A stretch of DNA of 64,000 bases from Azolla caroliniana (lineage: Eukaryota > Plantae > Polypodiophyta): assembly GCA_043228905.1 (NCBI GenBank), contig JBHGNT010000040.1:62001-126000 (forward strand), read 5' to 3'. Numbering within the stretch: position 1 is the first letter of the stretch; every line of letters starts with the position of its first letter. This document shows, in pieces, positions 51,901 through 64,000 of the stretch. Position numbers and translations under genes: made by a program. The notes beneath the pieces were generated by a model. It saw only the letters and a program-made list of their open reading frames with translations. It made no database searches and was not told where the DNA came from.

Positions 51901-54900
51901 TCTAATTTGCTAATTTTTTCATGTCTCTCGACCTGTGTTTCAAAATCTTGATTTTTTAATTCCATATCATAGCTAGTGTTGTTAGCTTCGATTTGCATGT
52001 TTGAACACTGAAATCCGATATCACTCGAGCCAGGTATGACAATTTTAATTTACTCACGCGCTTTTCTTAACTCCCTCCTCTAATTTACTAATTTCTTCAT
52101 GTCTCTTGACCTGAGTTTCAAAATCTTGATTTTTTAATTCCATATCATAGCTAGTGTTATTAGCTTCGATTCGCATGATGGAACACTAAAATCGGATATC
52201 ACACGAGCCAGTTATGAACATTTTAATTTACTCACGCGCTCTTCTCAACTCCCTCCTCTAATTTGCTAATTTCTTCATGTCTCTCGACCTGAGTTTCAAA
52301 ATCTTGATTTTTTAATTCCATATCATAGCTAGTGTTATTAGCTGCGATTCGCATGATTTGAACACTAAAATCCGATATCACACGAGCCAGTTATGAACAT
52401 TTTAATTTACTCACGCGCTATTCTCAACTCCCTCCTCAAATTTGGTAATTTCTTCATGTCTCTCGACCTGAGTTTCAAAATCTTGATTTTCTAATTCCAA
52501 ATCATAGCTAGTGTTGTTAGCTTCGATTCGCATGTTTGAACACTAAAATCAGATATCACTCGAGCCAGGTAGGAACATTTGAATTTACTCACGCGCTCTT
52601 CTCAACTCCCTCCTCTAATTTGCTAATTTCTTCATGTCTCTCGACCTGAGTTTCAAAATCTTGATTTTTTAATTCCATATCATAGCTAGTGTTATTAGCT
52701 TCGATTCGCATGATTTGAACACTAAAATCCGATATCACACGAGCCAGTTATAAACATTTTAATTTACTCACGCGCTATTCTCAACTCCCTCCTCAAATTT
52801 GGTAATTTCTTCATGTCTCTCGACCTGAGTTTCAAAATCTTGATTTTTTAATTCCATATCATATCTAGTGTTGTTAGCTTCGATTCGCATGTTTGAACAC
52901 AACAATCCCATATCACACGAGCCAAGTACGAACATTTTAATTTACTCACGCGCTCTTCTCAACTGCCTCCCCTGATTTACTAATTTCATCATGTCTCTCG
53001 ACCTGAGTTTCAAAATCTTGATTTTCTAATTCCATATCATAGCTAGTGTTATTAGCTTCGATTCGCATGATGGAACACTAAAATTGAATATGACAATTTT
53101 AATTTACTCACGCGGTCTTCTGAACTCCCTCCTCTAATTTGCTAATTTTTTCATGTCTCTCGACCTGTGTTTCAAAATCTTGATTTTTTAATTCCATATC
53201 ATAGCTAGTGTTGTTAGCTTCGATTTGCATGTTTGAACACTGAAATCCGATATCACTCGAGCCAGGTATGACAATTTTAATTTACTCACGCGCTTTTCTT
53301 AACTCCCTCCTCTAATTTACTAATTTCTTCATGTCTCTTGACCTGAGTTTCAAAATCTTGATTTTTTAATTCCATATCATAGCTAGTGTTATTAGCTTCG
53401 ATTCGCATGATGGAACACTAAAATCGGATATCACACGAGCCAGTTATGAACATTTTAATTTACTCACGCGCTCTTCTCAACTCCCTCCTCTAATTTGCTA
53501 ATTTCTTCATGTCTCTCGACCTGAGTTTCAAAATCTTGATTTTTTAATTCCATATCATAGCTAGTGTTATTAGCTGCGATTCGCATGATTTGAACACTAA
53601 AATCCGATATCACACGAGCCAGTTATGAACATTTTAATTTACTCACGCGCTATTCTCAACTCCCTCCTCAAATTTGGTAATTTCTTCATGTCTCTCGACC
53701 TGAGTTTCAAAATCTTGATTTTCTAATTCCAAATCATAGCTAGTGTTGTTAGCTTCGATTCGCATGTTTGAACACTAAAATCAGATATCACTCGAGCCAG
53801 GTAGGAACATTTGAATTTACTCACGCGCTCTTCTCAACTCCCTCCTCTAATTTGCTAATTTCTTCATGTCTCTCGACCTGAGTTTCAAAATCTTGATTTT
53901 TTAATTCCATATCATAGCTAGTGTTATTAGCTTCGATTCGCATGATTTGAACACTAAAATCCGATATCACACGAGCCAGTTATAAACATTTTAATTTACT
54001 CACGCGCTATTCTCAACTCCCTCCTCAAATTTGGTAATTTCTTCATGTCTCTCGACCTGAGTTTCAAAATCTTGATTTTTTAATTCCATATCATATCTAG
54101 TGTTGTTAGCTTCGATTCGCATGTTTGAACACAACAATCCCATATCACACGAGCCAAGTACGAACATTTTAATTTACTCACGCGCTCTTCTCAACTGCCT
54201 CCCCTGATTTACTAATTTCATCATGTCTCTCGACCTGAGTTTCAAAATCTTGATTTTCTAATTCCATATCATAGCTAGTGTTATTAGCTTCGATTCGCAT
54301 GATGGAACACTAAAATTGAATATGACAATTTTAATTTACTCACGCGGTCTTCTGAACTCCCTCCTCTAATTTGCTAATTTTTTCATGTCTCTCGACCTGT
54401 GTTTCAAAATCTTGATTTTTTAATTCCATATCATAGCTAGTGTTGTTAGCTTCGATTTGCATGTTTGAACACTGAAATCCGATATCACTCGAGCCAGGTA
54501 TGACAATTTTAATTTACTCACGCGCTCTTCTTAACTCCCTCCTCTAATTTACTAATTTCTTCATGTCTCTTGACCTGAGTTTCAAAATCTTGATTTTTTA
54601 ATTCCATATCATAGCTAGTGTTATTAGCTTCGATTCGCATGATGGAACACTAAAATCGGATATCACACGAGCCAGTTATGAACATTTTAATTTACTCACG
54701 CGCTCTTCTCAACTCCCTCCTCTAATTTAATAATTTCTTCATGTCTCTCGACCTGAGTTTCAAAATCTGGATTTTCTAATTCCATATCATAGCTAGTGTT
54801 ATTAGCTTCGATTCGCATGATTTGAACACTAAAATCCGATATCACACGAGCCAGTTATGAACATTTTAATTTACTCACGCGCTATTCTCAACTCCCTCCT

Positions 54901-56700
54901 CAAATTTACTAATTTCTTCATGTCTCTCGACCTGAGTTTCAAAATCTTGATTTTCTAATTCCAAATCATAGCTAGTGTTGTTAGCTTCGATTCGCATGTT
55001 TGAACACTAAAATCAGATATCACTCGAGCCAGGTAGGAACATTTGAATTTAATCACGCGCTCTTCTCAACTCCCTCCTCTAATTTGCTAATTTCTTCATG
55101 TCTCTCCACCTGAGTTTCAAAATCTTGATTTTTTAATTCCATATCATAGCTAGTGTTATTAGCTTCGATTCGCATGATTTGAACACTAAAATCCGATATC
55201 ACACGAGCCAGTTATGAACATTTTAATTTACTCACGCGCTATTCTCAACTCCCTCCTCAAATTTGGTAATTTCTTCATGTCTCTCGACCTGAGTTTCCAA
55301 ATCTTGATTTTTTAATTCCATATCATATCTAGTGTTGTTAGCTTCGATTCGCATGTTTGAACACAACAATCCCATATCACACGAGCCAAGTACGAATATT
55401 TTAATTTACTCACGCGCTCTTCTCAACTGCCTCCCCTGATTTACTAATTTCATCATGTCTCTTGACCTGAGTTTCAAAATGTTGATTTTCTAATTCCATA
55501 TCATAGCTAGTGTTGTTAGCTTCGATTCGCATGTTTGAACACTAAAATCAGATATCACTCGAGCCAGGTATGACAATTTTAATTTACTCACGCGCTCTTC
55601 TCAACTCCCTCCTCTAATTTACTAATTTCTTCATGTCTCTCGACCTGAGTTTCAAAATCTTGATTTTTTAATTCCATATCATAGCTAGTGTTATTAGCTG
55701 CGATTCGCATGATTTGAACACTAAAATCCGATATCACACGAGCCAGTTATGAACATTTTAATTTACTCACGCGCTCTTCTCAACTCCCTCCTCAAATTTG
55801 GTAATTTCTTCATGTCTCTCCACCTGAGTTTTAAAATCTTGATTTTTTAATTCCATATCATATCTAGTGTTGTTAGCTTCGATTCGCATGTTTGAACACA
55901 ACAATCCCATATCACACGAGGCAAGTACGAACATTTTAATTTACTCACGCGCTCTTCTCAACTCCCTCCCATGATTTGCTAATTTCTTCATGTCTCTCGA
56001 CCTGAGTTTCAAAAAGCTAGTGTTATTAGCTGCGATTCGCATGATTTGAACACTAAAATCCGATATCACACGAGCCAGTTATGAACATTTTAATTTACTC
56101 ACGCGCTATTCTCAACTCCCTCCTCAAATTTGGTAATTTCTTCATGTCTCTCGACCTGAGTTTCAAAATCTTGATTTTCTAATTCCAAATCATAGCTAGT
56201 GTTGTTAGCTTCGATTCGCATGTTTGAACACTAAAATCAGATATCACTCGAGCCAGGTAGGAACATTTGAATTTACTCACGCGCTCTTCTCAACTCCCTC
56301 CTCTAATTTGCTAATTTCTTCATGTCTCTCGACCTGAGTTTCAAAATCTTGATTTTTTAATTCCATATCATAGCTAGTGTTATTAGCTTCGATTCGCATA
56401 ACACGAGCCAGTTATGAACATTTTAATTTACTCACGCGCTATTCTCAACTCCCTCCTCAAATTTGGTAATTTCTTCATGTCTCTCGACCTGAGTTTCAAA
56501 TCTTGATTTTTTAATTCCATATCATATCTAGTGTTGTTAGCTTCGATTCGCATGTTTGAACACAACAATCCCATATCACACGAGCCAAGTACGAACATTT
56601 TAATTTACTCACGCGCTCTTCTCAACTGCCTCCCCTGATTTACTAATTTCATCATGTCTCTCGACCTGAGTTTCAAAATCTTGATTTTCTAATTCCATAT
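49000..56700 (+). repeat. 7-mer higher-order repeat domain (~1.25-kb period, with variants)
   Basis: aactgcctcccctga marker at 49415, 50663, 51717, 52965, 54197, 55429 and 56628. Spacings are 1248, 1054, 1248, 1232, 1232 and 1199. Confidence 0.85.
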
Positions 56701-59700
56701 CATAGCTAGTGTTGTTAGCTTCGATTCGCATGTTTGAACACTAAAATCAGATATCACTCGAGCCAGGTATGACAATTTTAATTTACTCACGCGCTCTTCT
56801 CAACTCCCTCCTCTAATTTACTAATTTCTTCATGTCTCTCGACCTGAGTTTCAAAATCTTGATTTTTTAATTCCATATCATAGCTAGTGTTATTAGCTGC
56901 GATTCGCATGATTTGAACACTAAAATCCGATATCACACGAGCCAGTTATGAACATTTTAATTTACTCACGCGCTCTTCTCAACTCCCTCCTCAAATTTGG
57001 TAATTTCTTCATGTCTCTCGACCTGAGTTTTAAAATCTTGATTTTCTAATTCCAAATCATAGCTAGTGTTGTTAGCTTCGATTCGCATGATTTGAACACT
57101 AAAATCCGATATCACACGAGCCAGTTATGAACATTTTAATTTACTCACGCGCTCTTCTCAACTCCCTCCTCTAATTTACTAATTTATTCATGTCTCGTGA
57201 CCTGTGTTTCAAAATCTTGATTTTCTAATTCTATATTACAGCTAGTGTTGTTAGCTTCGATTCGCATGTTTGAACACAACAATCCGATATCACACGAGCC
57301 AGGTATGACAATTTTAATTTACTCACGCAATCTTCTCCACTCCCTCCTCAAATTTGGTAATTTCTTCATGTCTCTCGACCTGAGTTTCAAAATCTTGATT
57401 TTCTAATTCCATATCATAGCTAGTGTTGTTAGCTTCGATTCGCATGTTTGAACACAAAAATCGGATATCACACGAGCCAAGTATGACAATTTTGATTTAC
57501 TCACGCGATCTTCTCAACTCCCTCCTCTAATTTACTAATTTCTTCATGTCTCTTGACCTGAGTTTCGAAATCTGGATTTTCTTATTCCATATCATAGCTA
57601 GTGTTGTTAGCTTCGATTCGCATGTTTGAACACAACAATCCCATATCACACGAGCCTGGTACGAACATTTTAATTTACTCACGCGCTCTTCTCAACTCCC
57701 TCCTCTAATTTGCTAATTTCTTCCTGTCTCTCGACCTGAGTTTCAAAATCTTGATTTTTTAATTCCATATCATAGCTAGTGTTGTTAGCTTCGATTCGCA
57801 TGTTTGAACACAAAAATCGGATATCATACGAGCTAGGTAGGACAATTTTAATTTACTCACGCGATCTTCTCAACTCCCTCGTCTGATTTACTAATTTCTT
57901 CATGTCTATTGACCTGAGTTTCAAAATCTGGATTTTCTAATTCCATATCATAGCTAGTGTTGTTAGCTTCGATTCGCATCTTTGAACACTAAAATCCGAT
58001 ATCACACAAGCTAGGTATGACAATTTTAATTTACTCACCTGCTCTTCTCAACTCCCTCCTCAATTTTGCTAATTTCTTCCTGTCTCTCGACCTGAGTTTC
58101 AAAATCTTGATTTTTTAATTCCATATCATATCTAGTGTTGTTAGCTTCGATTCGCATGTTTGAACACAACAATCCCATATCACACGAGCCAGTTATGAAC
58201 ATTTTAATTTACTCACGCGCTCTTCTCAACTCCCTCCTCTAATTTACTAATTTATTCATGTCTCGTGACCTGTGTTTCAAAATCTTGATTTTCTAATTCT
58301 ATATTACAGCTAGTGTTGTTAGCTTCGATTCGCATGTTTGAACACAACAATCCGATATCACACGAGCCAGGTATGACAATTTTAATTTACTCACGCAATC
58401 TTCTCCACTCCCTCCTCAAATTTGGTAATTTCTTCATGTCTCTCGACCTGAGTTTCAAAATCTTGATTTTCTAATTCCATCTCATAGCTAGTGTTGTTAG
58501 CTTCTATTCGCATGTTTGAACACAAAAATCGGATATCACACGAGCCAGGTATGACAATTTTAATTTACTCACGCAATCTTCTTCACTCCCTCCGCAAATT
58601 TGGTAATTTCTTCATGTCTCTCGACCTGAAGTTTCAAAATCTTGATTTTTTAATTCCATATCATAGCTAGTGTTCTTAGCTGCGATTCGCATGATTTCAA
58701 CACTAAAATCCGATATCACACGAGCCAGGTAGGAACATTTGAATTTACTCACGCGCTCTTCTCAACTCCCTCCTCTAATTTGCTAATATCTTCATGTCTC
58801 TCGACCTGAGTGTCAAAATCTTGATATTTTAATTCCATATCATAGCTAGTGTTTTTAGCTTCGATTCGCATGTTTGAACACTAAAATCCGATATCACACG
58901 AGCCAGGTATGACAACTTTAATTTACTCACGCGCTCTTCTCAACTCCCTCCTCTAATTTACTAATTTCTTCATGTCTCTCGACCTGAGTTTCAAAATCTT
59001 GATTTTCTAATTCCATATCATAGCTAGTGTTGTTAGCTTCGATTCGCATCTTTGAACACTAAAATCCGATATCACACGAGCCAGGTATGACAACTTTAAT
59101 TTACTCACCTGCTCTTCTCAACTCCCTCCTCAAATTTGGTAATTTCTTCATGTCTCTCGACCTGAGTTTCAAAATCTTGATTTTCTAATTTCATATCATA
59201 GCTAGTGTTTTAAGCTTCGATTCGCATGATGGAACCCTAAATTCGGATATCACACGAGCCAGGTATGACAATTTTAATTTAGTCACGCTATCTTCTCAAC
59301 TCCCTCGTCTGATTTACTAATTTCTTCATGTCTCTTGACCTGAGTTTCAAAATCTGGATTTTCTAATTCCATAACATAGCTAGTGTTGTTAGCTTCGATT
59401 CGCATGTTTGAACACAAAAATCCGATATCACACGAGCCAGGTAGGACAATTTTAATTTACTCACGCGATCTTCTCAACTCCCTCGTCTGATTTACTAATT
59501 TCTTCATGTCTATTGACCTGAGTTTCAAAATCTGGATTTTCTAATTCCATAACATAGCTAGTGTTGTTAGCTTCGATTCGCATCTTTGAACACTAAAATC
59601 CGATATCACACAAGCTAGGTATGACAATTTTAATTTACTCACCTGCTCTTCTAAACTCCCTCCTCAATTTTGCTAATTTCTTCCTGTCTCTCGACCTGAG

Positions 59701-62700
59701 TATCAAAATCTTAATTTTTTAATTCCATATCATAGCTAGTGTTATTAGCTTCGATTCGCATGATGGAACACTAAAATTGAATATCAAACGAGCCAGGTAT
59801 GACAATTTTAATTTACTCACGCGGTCTTCTCAACTCCCTCCTCTAATTTGCTAATTTCTTCATGTCTTTCGACCTGTGTTTCAAAATCTTGATTTTTTAA
59901 TTCCATATTATAGCTAGTGTTGTTAGCTTCGATTCGCATGTTTGAACACTAAAATCCGATATCACTCGAGCCAGGTAGGAACATTTGAATTTACTCACGC
60001 GCTCTTCTTAACTCCCTCCTCTAATTTACTAATTTCTTCATGTCTCTTGACCTGAGTTTCAAAATCTTGATTTTTTAATTCCATATCATAGCTAGTGTTA
60101 TTAGCTTCGATTCGCATGATGGAACACTAAAATCGGATATCACACGAGCCAGTTATGAACATTTTAATTTACTCACGCGCTCTTCTCAACTCCCTCCTCT
60201 AATTTACTAATTTCTTCATGTCTCTCGACCTGAGTTTCAAAATCTGGATTTTCTAATTCCATATCATAGCTAGTGTTATTAGCTTCGATTCGCATGATTT
60301 GAACACTAAAATCCGATATCACACGAGCCAGTTATGAACATTTTAATTTACTCACGCGCTCTTCTCAACTCCCTCCTCAAATTTGGTAATTTCTTCATGT
60401 CTCTCGACCTGAGTTTCAAAATCTTGATTTTTTAATTCCATATCATAGCTAGTGTTATTAGCTGCGATTCGCATGATTTGAACACTAAAATCCGATATCA
60501 CACGAGCCAGTTATGAACATTTTAATTTACTCACGCGCTATTCTCAACTCCCTCCTCTAATTTACTAATTTATTCATGTCTCGTGACCTGTGTTTCAAAA
60601 TCTTGATTTTCTAATTCTATATTACAGCTAGTGTTGTTAGCTTCGATTCGCATGTTTGAACACAACAATCCGATATCACACGAGCCAGGTATGACAATTT
60701 TAATTTACTCACGCAATCTTCTCCACTCCCTCCTCAAATTTGGTAATTTCTTCATGTCTCTCGACCTGAGTTTCAAAATCTTGATTTTCTAATTCCATCT
60801 CATAGCTAGTGTTGTTAGCTTCTATTCGCATGTTTGAACACAAAAATCGGATATCACACGAGCCAGGTATGACAATTTTAATTTACTCACGCAATCTTCT
60901 TCACTCCCTCCGCAAATTTGGTAATTTCTTCATGTCTCTCGACCTGAAGTTTCAAAATCTTGATTTTTTAATTCCATATCATAGCTAGTGTTCTTAGCTG
61001 CGATTCGCATGATTTGAACACTAAAATCCGATATCACACGAGCCAGGTAGGAACATTTGAATTTACTCACGCGCTCTTCTCAACTCCCTCCTCTAATTTG
61101 CTAATATCTTCATGTCTCTCGACCTGAGTGTCAAAATCTTGATATTTTAATTCCATATCATAGCTAGTGTTTTTAGCTTCGATTCGCATGTTTGAACACT
61201 AAAATCCGATATCACACGAGCCAGGTATGACAACTTTAATTTACTCACGCGCTCTTCTCAACTCCCTCCTCTAATTTACTAATTTCTTCATGTCTCTCGA
61301 CCTGAGTTTCAAAATCTTGATTTTTTAATTCCATATCATAGCTAGTGTTATTAGCTGCGATTCGCATGATTTGAACACTAAAATCCGATATCACACGAGC
61401 CAGTTATGAACATTTTAATTTACTCACGCGCTCTTCTCAACTCCCTCCTCAAATTTGGTAATTTCTTCATGTCTCTCCACCTGAGTTTTAAAATCTTGAT
61501 TTTTTAATTCCATATCATATCTAGTGTTGTTAGCTTCGATTCGCATGTTTGAACACAACAATCCCATATCACACGAGGCAAGTACGAACATTTTAATTTA
61601 CTCACGCGCTCTTCTCAACTCCCTCCCATGATTTGCTAATTTCTTCATGTCTCTCGACCTGAGTTTCAAAATCTTGATTTTCTAATTCCATATCATAGCT
61701 AGTGTTATTAGCTGCGATTCGCATGATTTGAACACTAAAATCCGATATCACACGAGCCAGTTATGAACATTTTAATTTACTCACGCGCTATTCTCAACTC
61801 CCTCCTCAAATTTGGTAATTTCTTCATGTCTCTCGACCTGAGTTTCAAAATCTTGATTTTCTAATTCCAAATCATAGCTAGTGTTGTTAGCTTCGATTCG
61901 CATGTTTGAACACTAAAATCAGATATCACTCGAGCCAGGTAGGAACATTTGAATTTACTCACGCGCTCTTCTCAACTCCCTCCTCTAATTTGCTAATTTC
62001 TTCATGTCTCTCGACCTGAGTTTCAAAATCTTGATTTTTTAATTCCATATCATAGCTAGTGTTATTAGCTTCGATTCGCATGATTTGAACACTAAAATCC
62101 GATATCACACGAGCCAGTTATGAACATTTTAATTTACTCACGCGCTATTCTCAACTCCCTCCTCAAATTTGGTAATTTCTTCATGTCTCTCGACCTGAGT
62201 TTCAAAATCTTGATTTTTTAATTCCATATCATATCTAGTGTTGTTAGCTTCGATTCGCATGTTTGAACACAACAATCCCATATCACACGAGCCAAGTACG
62301 AACATTTTAATTTACTCACGCGCTCTTCTCAACTGCCTCCCCTGATTTACTAATTTCATCATGTCTCTCGACCTGAGTTTCAAAATCTTGATTTTCTAAT
62401 TCCATATCATAGCTAGTGTTGTTAGCTTCGATTCGCATGTTTGAACACTAAAATCAGATATCACTCGAGCCAGGTATGACAATTTTAATTTACTCACGCG
62501 CTCTTCTCAACTCCCTCCTCTAATTTACTAATTTCTTCATGTCTCTCGACCTGAGTTTCAAAATCTTGATTTTTTAATTCCATATCATAGCTAGTGTTAT
62601 TAGCTGCGATTCGCATGATTTGAACACTAAAATCCGATATCACACGAGCCAGTTATGAACATTTTAATTTACTCACGCGCTCTTCTCAACTCCCTCCTCA

Positions 62701-64000
62701 AATTTGGTAATTTCTTCATGTCTCTCGACCTGAGTTTTAAAATCTTGATTTTCTAATTCCAAATCATAGCTAGTGTTGTTAGCTTCGATTCGCATGATTT
62801 GAACACTAAAATCCGATATCACACGAGCCAGTTATGAACATTTTAATTTACTCACGCGCTCTTCTCAACTCCCTCCTCTAATTTACTAATTTATTCATGT
62901 CTCGTGACCTGTGTTTCAAAATCTTGATTTTCTAATTCTATATTACAGCTAGTGTTGTTAGCTTCGATTCGCATGTTTGAACACAACAATCCGATATCAC
63001 ACGAGCCAGGTATGACAATTTTAATTTACTCACGCAATCTTCTCCACTCCCTCCTCAAATTTGGTAATTTCTTCATGTCTCTCGACCTGAGTTTCAAAAT
63101 CTTGATTTTCTAATTCCATATCATAGCTAGTGTTGTTAGCTTCGATTCGCATGTTTGAACACAAAAATCGGATATCACACGAGCCAAGTATGACAATTTT
63201 GATTTACTCACGCGATCTTCTCAACTCCCTCCTCTAATTTACTAATTTCTTCATGTCTCTTGACCTGAGTTTCGAAATCTGGATTTTCTTATTCCATATC
63301 ATAGCTAGTGTTGTTAGCTTCGATTCGCATGTTTGAACACAACAATCCCATATCACACGAGCCTGGTACGAACATTTTAATTTACTCACGCGCTCTTCTC
63401 AACTCCCTCCTCTAATTTGCTAATTTCTTCCTGTCTCTCGACCTGAGTTTCAAAATCTTGATTTTTTAATTCCATATCATAGCTAGTGTTGTTAGCTTCG
63501 ATTCGCATGTTTGAACACAAAAATCGGATATCATACGAGCTAGGTAGGACAATTTTAATTTACTCACGCGATCTTCTCAACTCCCTCGTCTGATTTACTA
63601 ATTTCTTCATGTCTATTGACCTGAGTTTCAAAATCTGGATTTTCTAATTCCATATCATAGCTAGTGTTGTTAGCTTCGATTCGCATCTTTGAACACTAAA
63701 ATCCGATATCACACAAGCTAGGTATGACAATTTTAATTTACTCACCTGCTCTTCTCAACTCCCTCCTCAATTTTGCTAATTTCTTCCTGTCTCTCGACCT
63801 GAGTTTCAAAATCTTGATTTTTTAATTCCATATCATATCTAGTGTTGTTAGCTTCGATTCGCATGTTTGAACACAACAATCCCATATCACACGAGCCAGT
63901 TATGAACATTTTAATTTACTCACGCGCTCTTCTCAACTCCCTCCTCTAATTTACTAATTTATTCATGTCTCGTGACCTGTGTTTCAAAATCTTGATTTTC
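55600..64000 (+). repeat. Duplication ~55600-58300 / ~61260-64000 (offset 5657 then 5707)
   Basis: gaggcaagtacg at 55921/61578, gccaagtatgacaattttgattt at 57481/63188, gagcctggtacg at 57654/63361. Confidence 0.9.

Larger units (their letters stand above)
15531..64000 (+). repeat. 178/179-bp satellite tandem array, right part (uninterrupted to window end)
   Basis: The same monomer resumes at 15531 (aactccctcctctaatttac) and continues to 64000. I saw no foreign sequence or inversion. Confidence 0.99.

Noticed and set aside
1-64000. CRISPR array or RT-diversified repeat cassette
   Set aside because: There are no unique spacers: whole monomers are homologous and variation is inherited in duplicated blocks. 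No cas genes are present.
1-64000. Arabidopsis CEN178, primate alpha satellite or a CENP-B box
   Set aside because: Only the length is similar. The sequence does not resemble those consensuses as I recall them, and cttcgattcgcatg does not fit TTCGNNNNANNCGGG.
1-64000. 5S rDNA or tRNA tandem array
   Set aside because: No 5S/tRNA sequence, fold or Pol III A/B/C boxes were recognisable in the monomer on either strand.

Overview
Eukaryotic tandem-repeat DNA. About 97% of the window is one head-to-tail, single-orientation satellite array of 178/179-bp monomers (about 350 copies). An approximate monomer is atagctagtgttgttagcttcgattcgcatgtttgaacactaaaatccgatatcacacgagccaggtatgacaattttaatttactcacgcgctcttctcaactccctcctctaatttactaatttcttcatgtctctcgacctgagtttcaaaatcttgattttttaattccatatc. 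Monomer size and higher-order organisation resemble a centromeric or pericentromeric satellite, but I cannot assign the family or organism. The only non-satellite DNA is Penelope-like retroelement (PLE) reverse-transcriptase sequence. One 1.33-kb piece (14205-15530) is truncated at both ends, has one in-frame stop, and shows no endonuclease, terminal repeat or target-site duplication. Two 140-bp copies of its 5' end (340-479, 2774-2913) have exactly the same left junction. Private SNPs and indels in the array reveal local 4-, 7-, 10- and 13-mer higher-order repeats, block duplications spaced 2-21 kb apart, and microhomology-flanked deletions. All short ORFs other than the RT are artefacts of the satellite or antisense shadows. 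Boundaries were read by eye and are approximate unless an exact offset is given.
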